Assembly (NCBI GenBank): GCA_963797095.1 | Contig: CAWCNY010000006.1 | Location: 704,001-768,000, forward strand | Direction: 5' to 3' | DNA length: 64,000 nucleotides | DNA from: an uncultured Chloroflexia bacterium | Lineage (GTDB): Bacteria > Chloroflexota > Chloroflexia > QHBQ01 > JADMIH01 | In this document: positions 55,165 through 64,000 of the stretch, in pieces | How the letters are laid out: each line of letters opens with the position of its first letter | Numbering within the stretch: position 1 is the first letter of the stretch | Program-made: the position numbers and the translations under genes | The notes under the pieces: generated by a model | What the model was told of the DNA's origin: nothing | Database searches by the model: none | The model's input: only the letters and a program-made list of their open reading frames with translations

Positions 55165-57948
55165 TTAGTGCTGCACCTTATACGCGATGAGGTTATTACC
55201 GTCCATCACATAAAGAGTGCCGTCTGGTGCGTAAGTCATGCCCGTTGGCGCATCCGGGAAATTGCCCGTGTCGATGTCAATATTCTGTATATTGCCGCTT
55301 TGCTTGTTGATTGAGAAGAGGCCGCCTTCCTGGCACGATACGTCGAGCCAGTTTCCGTTCTCCAGGACATACCAGGGCGAGCACGTCATCTGGAAGGTGC
55401 GCACAAACTCCCCCTGCGCGTTCAACTGATTCACGCGCCTGAATGATATCTCAGCTTCGTAGATCGTGCCATCGCCCGTGATAGCGATCCCCGCGCCGTT
55501 GTCGAAGCCTTCGGGCCGTTCGCCTATGTACTCCGTGAGCGGATTGCCCCCATCGAGGGTGTACACCTTGATGCGGCGGCCTGTCATATCCGAAACGTAC
55601 ATATTGCCGTCCGGGCCAAACGCCAGGCCAATAGATATTTGCGTCTTGTTGTTCAATTGCACTTTACGCAGGATCTGTCCGTCAGGTGTTAGCACAAGTA
55701 GAGCCACCGAAGAGTCGGCGCTGTTGTTGAGCAGGTAGAGATTGCCGCCCGGTCCGACAACGATATCGCCGGGGTGGTCAAGCGGGTTGTTCCCGTTTTC
55801 GTCGAGAACCGGCAGGGTGCGGCTCTCGCCTGTGGTTGTATCGAAAACGATGAGGCGATTGGTGTCCCAATCGGGCACGTATACTTTCCCGTCCAGGTAG
55901 GCGATGCCTCGTGAGGCATTGATCTCCTCGCCGGCGGTCCACCTGTTTATCTCCACCAGCTCGGTTTTGTGTTGAAGCTGCTCAAAGTTGGTGAAATACC
56001 AGGTGCCTCCCACCAAAAGCAGACCGACAACCCAGGTCACGCCCTGCATGGCGAATGGAAGAGGCTTATATCCGATGGAGCGTTGGGCGCGCTGCCACCG
56101 GAAAGCCAGCACGAACGCAATGGCCACTATGATTACCGCGAGGATCGTGACCCAGCCGCTGGCAGCCGGCAATTGGCGCGCTCCAAGGGGGTCCACGAAC
56201 GGGAGGATGCCCCGAAGGTCTATAGTGACCTGCCCCAACAGTGGCGGGTTGCCTACTGTGTCCTGGCCCGCATACCAGTCGAGCACCGGGTTGCCGGGCC
56301 ACATGTGGCGGGGGTCGATCAGCATCGGCCACATCAGCATGAAGCCGGGGATCGCCAGTAGCACGTAGAGGGCGCGGAAGAACCAGCTACGAGCCGCAAA
56401 GAGGGACATAGCCAGGGGAGCGGCCATGAGAGGGCAGAAAGTGGTGAGGAAGCGGGCGGGCGGGCACCAGAGGCCGTTCCAGAAGTAGAACGAGAAGATG
56501 ATGAAGAGGTAGGGGAGGGAAGTGACGGCCATCCAGGCCAGCAGGCGGCGGTCGCTGCGGCGGGCCGACCTGAACATGAAGATCAACCCGGCCACCCCCA
56601 GGATGTAGATCGGCGCGTAGATGAACAACCCGTATTTCTGGTCGAACAGGAGGCCAATAATAGAGGTGGTGAAGTGAGTGAGGTCTTCGCGGCCCTGCCA
56701 GGGCCAGAAGAAGATCTTGTCGTAGGGGCGCTCAGGCGTGCGGTTGTCGGGGAAGAGCGCGCCATAGAGAAAGAGGTTGTGCCAGATCATAAGAATACCG
56801 GAGATCACCACCGGCACAACAAGATAGGAGGTGCCGCCAAGCAGGCGGAGCAAACCTGGGCGGGCTACACTCTGCGGTTTGAGTAAATCGGTGCCGCCAA
56901 CCGTAACCTGCACGGTTTCGGTGGCGGGCATGCGCGTGAGGCGATAGTAACGCCACCACTGAACCACAGCGTAGAGGAACAGGCCCGCCGACAGGGGCAT
57001 ACAACGCCAGGCAACCCAGGGGATGGCGGCGATACAGAAGCCGATCAGCAAGCGGCGGATTGGTCCATTGGCTCCCCAGCCGAGGGCCAGCCTGCGCAGC
57101 GCGTATAACAGGAACAGCCCGCAGGTAAGCTCAGTGAAGATCAGGTAGGTATACGACATGACCGGGTTGCTGAAGGAGATCGGCAGCCACGCGGCAAAGG
57201 CGATCCACTTGATCCCGGTCAATTCATAGGCGAAAAGGAAGACATTGAGCGCGGTGATCGCACCGATCAAACACATAAAGACAATAGTGGCGGGCCACCA
57301 TAGCTGAAACAAGCCGCCGATCAACCAGGCCGGGATGATCAACACCGACATTCCAGGCCAGTGAAAGTTGTACTGCTCGTCGGCAGGGCGCGCATTGGTG
57401 AAGCCGTTGTGTGTGGGTAAGGGGTAGGGGGCCGGGATGCCTACGAAGTTCTCAGGGTGGGGGGCCATCGAGTAGAACTTGTCTTCGTCGTGGTTGGCGA
57501 ACTGGTTCGCGATATTAAGGTCGCCGTCCTGCACGATGCTCATGGTTACCATGAGATAGAACGGCTGGTCGCCCGTGGGTGGGCTATTGTAGAGAATCTG
57601 CTGGTTGACGAAGGCCAGGTAGACGCCGAGCGTGAGGAGGAACACCAGCGCCTTCCAACCCCAATGTAGGGGCGGGTGCGACAGGTCCGCGCCGGGAGCC
57701 ACCGCCGGAAGCACATAACCCTGCGAAACTGCATCACTTGCCGTTACATGTGCCGCGCCGTTGGTAGAGGGCATGGCCGGGAAATACGGCGCATCGTCGG
57801 GGTTGAGTGGGGTGGTGATTGGTGCCCTGCGCACGCCCGCATCCTGATCGTGGTCGTGGAGAGCGGTCCGCCTGGTTGGTAGCGGCGGCACATATTCGTT
57901 TGCGGCGGGAGCCTGCTGGATTTCCGACCTGTCGTCTTTTTCGATCAC
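55165..57948 (-). CDS. Polytopic GT-C-like membrane protein fused to an NHL/SMP-30-like beta-propeller
   Basis: GDQ.FY....S..DGDL, more than ten TM segments, GL....P and PARF; C-terminal G.A..PDG..Y repeats; start overlaps the lgt stop (ATGA). Confidence 0.7.
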   Translation of the reverse strand: MIEKDDRSEIQQAPAANEYVPPLPTRRTALHDHDQDAGVRRAPITTPLNPDDAPYFPAMPSTNGAAHVTASDAVSQGYVLPAVAPGADLSHPPLHWGWKALVFLLTLGVYLAFVNQQILYNSPPTGDQPFYLMVTMSIVQDGDLNIANQFANHDEDKFYSMAPHPENFVGIPAPYPLPTHNGFTNARPADEQYNFHWPGMSVLIIPAWLIGGLFQLWWPATIVFMCLIGAITALNVFLFAYELTGIKWIAFAAWLPISFSNPVMSYTYLIFTELTCGLFLLYALRRLALGWGANGPIRRLLIGFCIAAIPWVAWRCMPLSAGLFLYAVVQWWRYYRLTRMPATETVQVTVGGTDLLKPQSVARPGLLRLLGGTSYLVVPVVISGILMIWHNLFLYGALFPDNRTPERPYDKIFFWPWQGREDLTHFTTSIIGLLFDQKYGLFIYAPIYILGVAGLIFMFRSARRSDRRLLAWMAVTSLPYLFIIFSFYFWNGLWCPPARFLTTFCPLMAAPLAMSLFAARSWFFRALYVLLAIPGFMLMWPMLIDPRHMWPGNPVLDWYAGQDTVGNPPLLGQVTIDLRGILPFVDPLGARQLPAASGWVTILAVIIVAIAFVLAFRWQRAQRSIGYKPLPFAMQGVTWVVGLLLVGGTWYFTNFEQLQHKTELVEINRWTAGEEINASRGIAYLDGKVYVPDWDTNRLIVFDTTTGESRTLPVLDENGNNPLDHPGDIVVGPGGNLYLLNNSADSSVALLVLTPDGQILRKVQLNNKTQISIGLAFGPDGNMYVSDMTGRRIKVYTLDGGNPLTEYIGERPEGFDNGAGIAITGDGTIYEAEISFRRVNQLNAQGEFVRTFQMTCSPWYVLENGNWLDVSCQEGGLFSINKQSGNIQNIDIDTGNFPDAPTGMTYAPDGTLYVMDGNNLIAYKVQH

Positions 57949-58976
57949 TGCTCGGTACCTTGCGGTTCCTGGGCCGGAAGCTTGGCCCCTGGATGCGATG
58001 GTCCGCTATCGATAGGAGCTTTCACACGACGCACGCGAGAGGGCTGCTTGCGAGGAGAGCCTGTTTCGATTGCGTAGGTGTTGGCGGAAGTGGGACGTGC
58101 CGATGTGGAAGGGCGCTTGTGCAATTCGGCGGCGGTCAGGTTGGCCTCCGAGAAGGCGGCGGTGCTGCCGGGCCTGTGGCGGATAATGAGGGCGGTCCAG
58201 CCGATAACGATAGTCAAAAGGGCCACGAGGGCGGGGGTCTTGAAGCCCGCCACGGTGGCGCTGTCCACCCTGATCTGCTCTATGATAAAGCGTCCAATCG
58301 AATAGCCGATCAAGTATACCCACAGGAGGTCGCCTTCGCGCAACTTGAGGCGCTTCTGCCTGCCGAGCCAGAAGAGGAGTCCCGCCAGGGCGAAGTCCCA
58401 GATCATCTCATAAGCGAAAGTGGGGTGGAAGCGGGCGTTGGGGTCAGGGTCCTGGATGCCCGCCACTTCGCGCTGGCGGTCGACGCTGATAGGGATGCAC
58501 CAGGGGAGGTCGCATTGTGACCCGAAAGCCTCCTGGTTGAAGAAATTGCCCCAGCGACCGATCCCTTGCGCGATTGCCAGCCCCGGCACTATGATGTCGG
58601 TCCACTTGAGGAAGGAGAGCTTGTAGCGGCGGCAGTAGAAGATGAGGGCGAGGATGCCACCAACGACTGTGCCCTGGATGCTGAGCCCGCCCTGCCTGAT
58701 ATCGAACCACCGCCCTATATCCTGGTAGGCCGGGTCGCCTATCTGCGACACGATGAAGCCGGCACGTGCGCCCACTATGCCAGCGATGAGCACCCAGGGG
58801 AACATCTGCCAGACGTGATCAGGGTCTTCGCCGCGCCTTCGCGCTTCGCGGAAGGCTACAAACGATGCCACGATCACGCCGATCATGATCATGATGCCGT
58901 ACCAATAGACGGGAATATCGATATGAAAGCCGAATATGTCGAATGGGCCTATTCTAAAGGCTTCACGGTTAGGCAT
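57945..58976 (-). CDS. lgt: Prolipoprotein diacylglyceryl transferase
   Basis: WYG, GAR, GRWGNFFNQE.FG, HPTF.YE and Y..GRF.IE..R motifs. Confidence 0.93.
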   Translation of the reverse strand: MPNREAFRIGPFDIFGFHIDIPVYWYGIMIMIGVIVASFVAFREARRRGEDPDHVWQMFPWVLIAGIVGARAGFIVSQIGDPAYQDIGRWFDIRQGGLSIQGTVVGGILALIFYCRRYKLSFLKWTDIIVPGLAIAQGIGRWGNFFNQEAFGSQCDLPWCIPISVDRQREVAGIQDPDPNARFHPTFAYEMIWDFALAGLLFWLGRQKRLKLREGDLLWVYLIGYSIGRFIIEQIRVDSATVAGFKTPALVALLTIVIGWTALIIRHRPGSTAAFSEANLTAAELHKRPSTSARPTSANTYAIETGSPRKQPSRVRRVKAPIDSGPSHPGAKLPAQEPQGTEQ

Positions 58977-59037
58977 TTGGTCTCCTTAGCCATAAGTCGA
59001 AGTTAATGATAGCGGAGTTATTGGGGGGTGTCAAACG

Positions 59038-61026
59038 CTAATTCAACTCATTATCATACCACCAGTAGCGCCACGTGTCATAGAGAGAGGGCACGCCGCT
59101 TTCGAGGGTCACATCGTACTTGCCGTCGTAGGAGCGGGCATGTAGCTGGCCGTTGTCGATGTAAGCCATCAGGCCGGGACCGAAGCCTACTTTGTCGTAG
59201 GGCAGGAAGGTGCGAGGCACCGGGTAGCGAATTGTGAACGCCTGGGCGAGAGTGGTTTCCATGGTGTCACCGTTGAAAGGTTGGGGGGCGATTGGCATGC
59301 TCCATACCGACCAGTCCACATCCTTGCTGTCGTAATCGCTTACGTAGAGCACTCGATTAGCCGCCACGGTGAACGGGTATGAGCGCAGATAACCTGCCTT
59401 GGTAATAGCCGTCGTGATGGCAGCCTGTCCATCAGGCGAGATCGAAACAGCAGCCAGCGACCAGGCCACCAGGGTGAGGCCATCCCTTATCCCTTCGCGC
59501 CCTACCAGCACAATGCCCCCGTCGTTCTCCTGTGCTACCGTCCAGTACATGGGAGATACCACCCGGCTGCCCGCAGTGAAGGCATCGACATAAGTTATGG
59601 CAAGGGTACCATCCGGATTGGCAGGGTCAAACACGCGGACCGTGAAGCGCTCAGGGTCGAATTGCGAATAGAGGACATCGCCGGAGAATGCGCCCTGGCG
59701 TACGAAGGTGGCCGCCAGCCAGTTACTCTGATTGATGCCGAAATCGGCTGCGGCCTTCGCCAGGGTCACCGGATTTTGTGGGTTAGCCAGGTCAATTAAG
59801 ACCAGCTGCTCGCGTTCGCTTAACTGTTGCGGCCCCGGTGATGGCTCGAACGTGTTGACAAGCACATATTTGCCGTTGGGACTGATCTCCGCCGACTCTA
59901 TGCCAAGTCCGGTTGTCTCATAAATCAGGCGCGGTTCGCTCACGCCGTCAAACTGCAGTAGATAGAGCTGGATATGCGTGTCGGGGGTAATATGGCCTGA
60001 AGTCTGGTCCTCACCCGACCACTTCGCCAGCAGGATGCGATTGCTGTTGTAGTCTATATCAACCGGAAGTTGGCGGGCGTCCACGCTATCCGACACGGCA
60101 AGCGTGGCCGAGATCGCGCTATCGAAGGAGAGATAGGTAAGCGTGTAGCGGGTTTCCACGCTGCGTACTGGCGTATCCCCCAGTTCGGGCATGAGGCCGT
60201 TGAAGCCCCAACGCCCGTAGTCGTACAGCCACATGCCGGTGCTTCCGCACAGAAATTGGTCGTATTCGGAAGGGTCAATTGGAAGCTCGCGGTAATCGGA
60301 GCCTGGTTGGCCCGACAGATTGGATACGGCCAGCACGCGGCCCTTCAATTCGTAATTTTCGCCTTTGACGAAAAATGGGCCGGGAAACGGGGTTGGTATG
60401 AGGGATGCGCCCGTTGGTGCGACATCGTAGAGTACCTTGCCGTCGGCGCAGCCACCCTGCACCCGGCTGTAGCTGTCGCTATTAGGCAACCGGTGTTCGT
60501 CTATGCCGCCGGAATCGTTTGTGGCGAGGGTGTAGAGGGCGGAGGTATTGCCCTTGGTCCGCAGGATTACGGTGCCGCTCAATGCCTCACTGTATACGTT
60601 TTCCTGCGCCTCCTTGAGCATTGCGTTCGCGCCGCGATAGTCATCCTGTATCTTGTCTAGCTCGCTCAGGGTTTGCATGACGGCGATCCAGTTTTGGTCG
60701 CGCTCAAAGGCCAGGCTCCGGCCATACAGATCGTCCATTTGCTCGATCTGTTCAGACGCTCTGGCGGCTAGTGCATCGGCATCGCGGTAACCTGAGGCGG
60801 CGGTAAAATAGTCGCGTGCGGCCTGCCAGTCGTTGCGGCCGATGGCTTGCTGCCCGGCTTCGTAATTGTTCGACTGGTCCTGCTGGTGCCACCACTGCCA
60901 CCCTGCGAAGCCGGTCACCACCACAATGAGAAACAGTCCCAGCACCAGGTCGCGCCCGCGCGTGGACCCCGACCTGGGCATTGGTTCAGGGGTGAGGTCC
61001 TCAATGACGGAGATTTGATCGTCCAT
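59038..61026 (-). CDS. Membrane-anchored hypothetical protein (TPR-like helices plus beta-rich domain)
   Basis: Single TM; Y..G..A....W..A...F..A.GY.DA pattern; ISP.G repeats. Confidence 0.65.
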   Translation of the reverse strand: MDDQISVIEDLTPEPMPRSGSTRGRDLVLGLFLIVVVTGFAGWQWWHQQDQSNNYEAGQQAIGRNDWQAARDYFTAASGYRDADALAARASEQIEQMDDLYGRSLAFERDQNWIAVMQTLSELDKIQDDYRGANAMLKEAQENVYSEALSGTVILRTKGNTSALYTLATNDSGGIDEHRLPNSDSYSRVQGGCADGKVLYDVAPTGASLIPTPFPGPFFVKGENYELKGRVLAVSNLSGQPGSDYRELPIDPSEYDQFLCGSTGMWLYDYGRWGFNGLMPELGDTPVRSVETRYTLTYLSFDSAISATLAVSDSVDARQLPVDIDYNSNRILLAKWSGEDQTSGHITPDTHIQLYLLQFDGVSEPRLIYETTGLGIESAEISPNGKYVLVNTFEPSPGPQQLSEREQLVLIDLANPQNPVTLAKAAADFGINQSNWLAATFVRQGAFSGDVLYSQFDPERFTVRVFDPANPDGTLAITYVDAFTAGSRVVSPMYWTVAQENDGGIVLVGREGIRDGLTLVAWSLAAVSISPDGQAAITTAITKAGYLRSYPFTVAANRVLYVSDYDSKDVDWSVWSMPIAPQPFNGDTMETTLAQAFTIRYPVPRTFLPYDKVGFGPGLMAYIDNGQLHARSYDGKYDVTLESGVPSLYDTWRYWWYDNELN

Positions 61027-61150
61027 GCGGGTAACACCGGGAGTCGCGGATAAACTCTCCCTATATCATATCCGCAAGGCGGAATGGAGTCCAGTTCGGA
61101 CACACATTCTCCGTCCCACCGGGGCGTTGGGCGCGCCCTGTAAGTAGAGG

Positions 61151-63793
61151 CTAGTGAGTGACCCTGTATTCGAGGATTTTGTCACCCGACGTCACAAAAA
61201 GCATGCCGTCGGGACTGTAAGCTAGCCCCTGAGGGTTATCGGGCCGTGGGCCGTTGCCCCTGTACTGCGCCAGCTGCACGTAGTTGTCCTGCGTATTGAC
61301 AGACAGCAGACCTGTGTCGCAGCTTCCTTCTATCCACTGGTCTGCTACAGGTGAGTCCACGAAATAGTCCGGTATGCAATAAAGCTGGTAGGTGGCAATC
61401 ACATCATCATTCTGGTCCAGCTTCTGGATGCGCTTGTAAGTCTCCGTTGTATAAACATATCCGTCAGCATCCACGGCCACCCCACGCGGGTTATTGAGAA
61501 TCTCGTCCTCGCCATTGTAGACGGTCAAAGGCTCGCCCCCTGTTTTGGCGTATCTGAGCACAGAGCCGAGCAATTGGTCGGCCAAGTACATTGTGCCATC
61601 GTCACCGAAGTAGAGGGCTTTTCCGAGAGGGGTCTTGCCATCCAGGGCTATTTGACGCACCACTGTGCCGTCCGGCTGTATAGCGAACAGGGCCTGGTCG
61701 CCCTCGCCGTTGTTGAGCACGTACAGCAGCCCGTCGGGACCAATCGTTACGCTGCTTGGGTGCTCCCACACTATGGGCTTGCCGTTCTCCGCCTTCGCTT
61801 CCAGGCGGGAATAATCACCGGTTGTGGTGTCGAGAACACCTATGTAGCCTGGGAGCCAACCGTCCTCCTGCCGCTCGCCGAAGGCGGGGATGTAGACCTT
61901 CCCATCAAGGTAGGCGATGGCCCCGTTGTTGGGCAGCTGCTCAGGCAGTATCCAGTGTGTGACATATTGGAACGTGGTTTTGGGGTGCAGGAAGTCGTAA
62001 TTGATAATACCCCACCCCGCTATTATCAACGCTACAATCACCAGGGATACCGTCAGAAGCCGGGCATTCGACCGCCCTGCCACAGTGCTTCGACTTGGCG
62101 CTACTTTATCCAGGCGCAACAGCAATAGCACGCCGACAAGGACGATCAGCATGCTCACCAGCAGCAGCCACCCGGTGCGCAAAGGAAACCATACCTCGTC
62201 AGGGCTGTTGAACCTGGGCACGAACGGGCGCAGGTCCACATGCAATGGAGAATGCTCGTTGGTGGCTATCCATTCGAAGACGGCGCTCCAGGCCCCCGAC
62301 CACATGGTGAGGGGGTTGTAGAGCATAACCGCCATGAAGATGAAGCCGGGCAGAGCAAGCAGCGCATAGAGCACCTTGTACACTACGCTCCCCGCGAGCG
62401 CGGCCAGCGATACCGCCATAGGCGCGGCGAGCAGCGGCACAAGTGTGGACGCGTAACGCGCCGGGGGGCACCAGTCGCCTCCCCACGAGCTATAGGCCGC
62501 GATCATCGCCATGTATGGTAGAGATGCCAGCGTGATCCACCCCAGCAGCCGCCGGTCGCTTCCTCTGCCGGTCCGGAACATCGCGAATACGCCCACCAGG
62601 GCCAGCAGGTAGATCGGCGTAAAGGTAAGCAGGCCGAAGCGCTGGCTGAAGAGAAGGCCAAACGCCCCTGTGAGGAACTGCTTCAATTCATACCTGCCAT
62701 CCCACGGCCAGTAAAACTCTCCCACCCCCGACCCGCCGCGCTCGTCCGAAGGAGGCACCACAGTTCCATACAGGAAGATATGGTAGGCCAGCAGCACGAC
62801 CGCCAGCACCACTATGGGAGCCAGGAACGCTATGATCCTTAAGAAATCACGCGAGACACCCTGAAATGCGACTCGGCGCATCAACTTCAGCCTGGCCCCG
62901 GTTTTCAACGTGGGCAGGTCCTCTGGCGCGATGCTACGCCACCACTGGACCAACATGTATAAGAACAGCGCGGCGGAGATAGGAAGGCATCTTTCCGCGA
63001 GCCAGGGTATGAAGCCTATACAGAAACCGACGGCGAGCAAGCGCAACGGCCCATTGGCTTTCCAACCGAGCGCAAGCCTCCGAAACGCGTAGATCACGAG
63101 CAGGCCGGTGGGTAATTCAGAAAAGATGAGGTAGGAGTAGCTCATGATCGGGCCGGTGAACGCCAGCGCGGCCCATACCACCCAGGCCACCCACTGGCGG
63201 CCTGTGACCTCGTATGAAAGGAGGAAGATGTTCGTAGATACCAGCGCCCCTACCAGGCACATGAAGATGGTGGTAGCGGGCCACCATAGCTGGAACCACC
63301 CACCTATGATCCAGGCGGGTACCAGCATAGCGCCCAGGCCGGGCGGGTGGAAGCCGTATATCTCTTCGGGTGGGCGTGCCGAAGATTCGGCCATCTGGGG
63401 GGTCAGAGGATAGGGCGCACTTATGCCGACGTAATCGTCCGGTTGAGGGGCCAGGCTATAGAACTTGTCCTCGTCCAGGTTGTTGTAATTGTTGCTCAGC
63501 TCAAGGTCGCCGTCTTGCGCCAGGCTGATGGTGTCCATCAGATAGAAGGCCTGGTCTCCCGTGGGCGGATTGCTGTACTTGATGATCTGGGGAATGAAGG
63601 CCAGGTAAATAAGAAACGTAAGCGTAAAGCACAGAGCGATCCACCGGGATGGCAGGGCGGTGGCACCCCCTGAGTCGGCGTGATTCGGCACCGTAGGGAG
63701 GAGCGCCATGATGCGCTGCAATTGATAGTGGAGTCTGGTAGTGGTGAGAAGCGTTGTGGCGAATCGGTTTTCGGGCTTTTTTGGGCTAACCAT
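61151..63793 (-). CDS. Second GT-C-like/beta-propeller protein (paralogue of 55165-57948)
   Basis: Shared PPTGDQ.FYLM, DEDKFYS.AP, FQLWWPAT and WCPPAR blocks; true start may be about 63709. Confidence 0.72.
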   Translation of the reverse strand: MVSPKKPENRFATTLLTTTRLHYQLQRIMALLPTVPNHADSGGATALPSRWIALCFTLTFLIYLAFIPQIIKYSNPPTGDQAFYLMDTISLAQDGDLELSNNYNNLDEDKFYSLAPQPDDYVGISAPYPLTPQMAESSARPPEEIYGFHPPGLGAMLVPAWIIGGWFQLWWPATTIFMCLVGALVSTNIFLLSYEVTGRQWVAWVVWAALAFTGPIMSYSYLIFSELPTGLLVIYAFRRLALGWKANGPLRLLAVGFCIGFIPWLAERCLPISAALFLYMLVQWWRSIAPEDLPTLKTGARLKLMRRVAFQGVSRDFLRIIAFLAPIVVLAVVLLAYHIFLYGTVVPPSDERGGSGVGEFYWPWDGRYELKQFLTGAFGLLFSQRFGLLTFTPIYLLALVGVFAMFRTGRGSDRRLLGWITLASLPYMAMIAAYSSWGGDWCPPARYASTLVPLLAAPMAVSLAALAGSVVYKVLYALLALPGFIFMAVMLYNPLTMWSGAWSAVFEWIATNEHSPLHVDLRPFVPRFNSPDEVWFPLRTGWLLLVSMLIVLVGVLLLLRLDKVAPSRSTVAGRSNARLLTVSLVIVALIIAGWGIINYDFLHPKTTFQYVTHWILPEQLPNNGAIAYLDGKVYIPAFGERQEDGWLPGYIGVLDTTTGDYSRLEAKAENGKPIVWEHPSSVTIGPDGLLYVLNNGEGDQALFAIQPDGTVVRQIALDGKTPLGKALYFGDDGTMYLADQLLGSVLRYAKTGGEPLTVYNGEDEILNNPRGVAVDADGYVYTTETYKRIQKLDQNDDVIATYQLYCIPDYFVDSPVADQWIEGSCDTGLLSVNTQDNYVQLAQYRGNGPRPDNPQGLAYSPDGMLFVTSGDKILEYRVTH

Positions 63794-64000
63794 AATCGAG
63801 TTTACCAGGCTAAAGATGGCTTATAGACAGCGAAAATAGACGGGGAGTCAAAGAATACCGCATAAACCCGTCCGGGCGCTTTGCACCACTACTTTCAGAC
63901 GCGATATCCTAGACTACATGGGCCACCCGCATATCCCAGGTAGATAAATATCTAGCTCGAAGCCCATTATACACACCCTGCCAGAGCTTTGTGAAGCTTT

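Noticed and set aside
58660-58700. Lgt GGLSIQG lacking the His of E. coli GGMSFHG
   Set aside because: This position varies among monoderm Lgt proteins and the other signature motifs are intact.
1-64000. tRNA, rRNA, riboswitch, integrase or transposase
   Set aside because: None recognised by eye; a covariance-model and HMM scan would be needed to exclude them.

Overview
A 64-kb chromosomal window from a GC-rich bacterium, most likely Chloroflexota. This is inferred from the dcw gene order, the FPETG...VQYFERA-type secreted proteins, a sortase-type MPQTG tail and an XRE-NB-ARC-TPR regulator. In order it holds: the end of the dcw cluster (murB, cupin, ddl, ftsQ, two inserted Ig-like secreted proteins, ftsA, ftsZ); a CGNR/ABATE zinc-finger gene divergent from two microproteins; a GNAT and an MshA-like GT4; a ~12-kb Ser/Thr signalling locus; an abm-like aromatic-CoA catabolic cluster interleaved with passenger genes; a mycobacterial Sdh1-like succinate dehydrogenase operon interrupted by a BrnT-type toxin-antitoxin pair; a STAND regulator island; a deacetylase, acs, a VOC remnant and a metallophosphoesterase; and lgt between two GT-C/beta-propeller paralogues. 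The best candidates for new biology are four. (1) A PknG-like kinase with four Zn ribbons, clustered with a GlnX-like membrane protein, an orphan LivJ-type binding protein, a PP2C, a Zn-ribbon/FHA-like protein and a vWA protein; the kinase and vWA protein share T-G-[RK]-[LI] motifs. (2) A dense set of 7-bp tandem repeats of many different sequences, often in inverted pairs at gene junctions and sometimes inside reading frames. (3) A small GIY-YIG gene with 30-bp palindromic arms. (4) A twin TAACC-N18-GGTTA operator on overlapping consensus promoters beside the CGNR regulator. No rRNA, tRNA, CRISPR array or transposase was recognised. Several +1 frameshifts may be sequencing errors. All product calls come from motif recognition by eye; no database searches were run.
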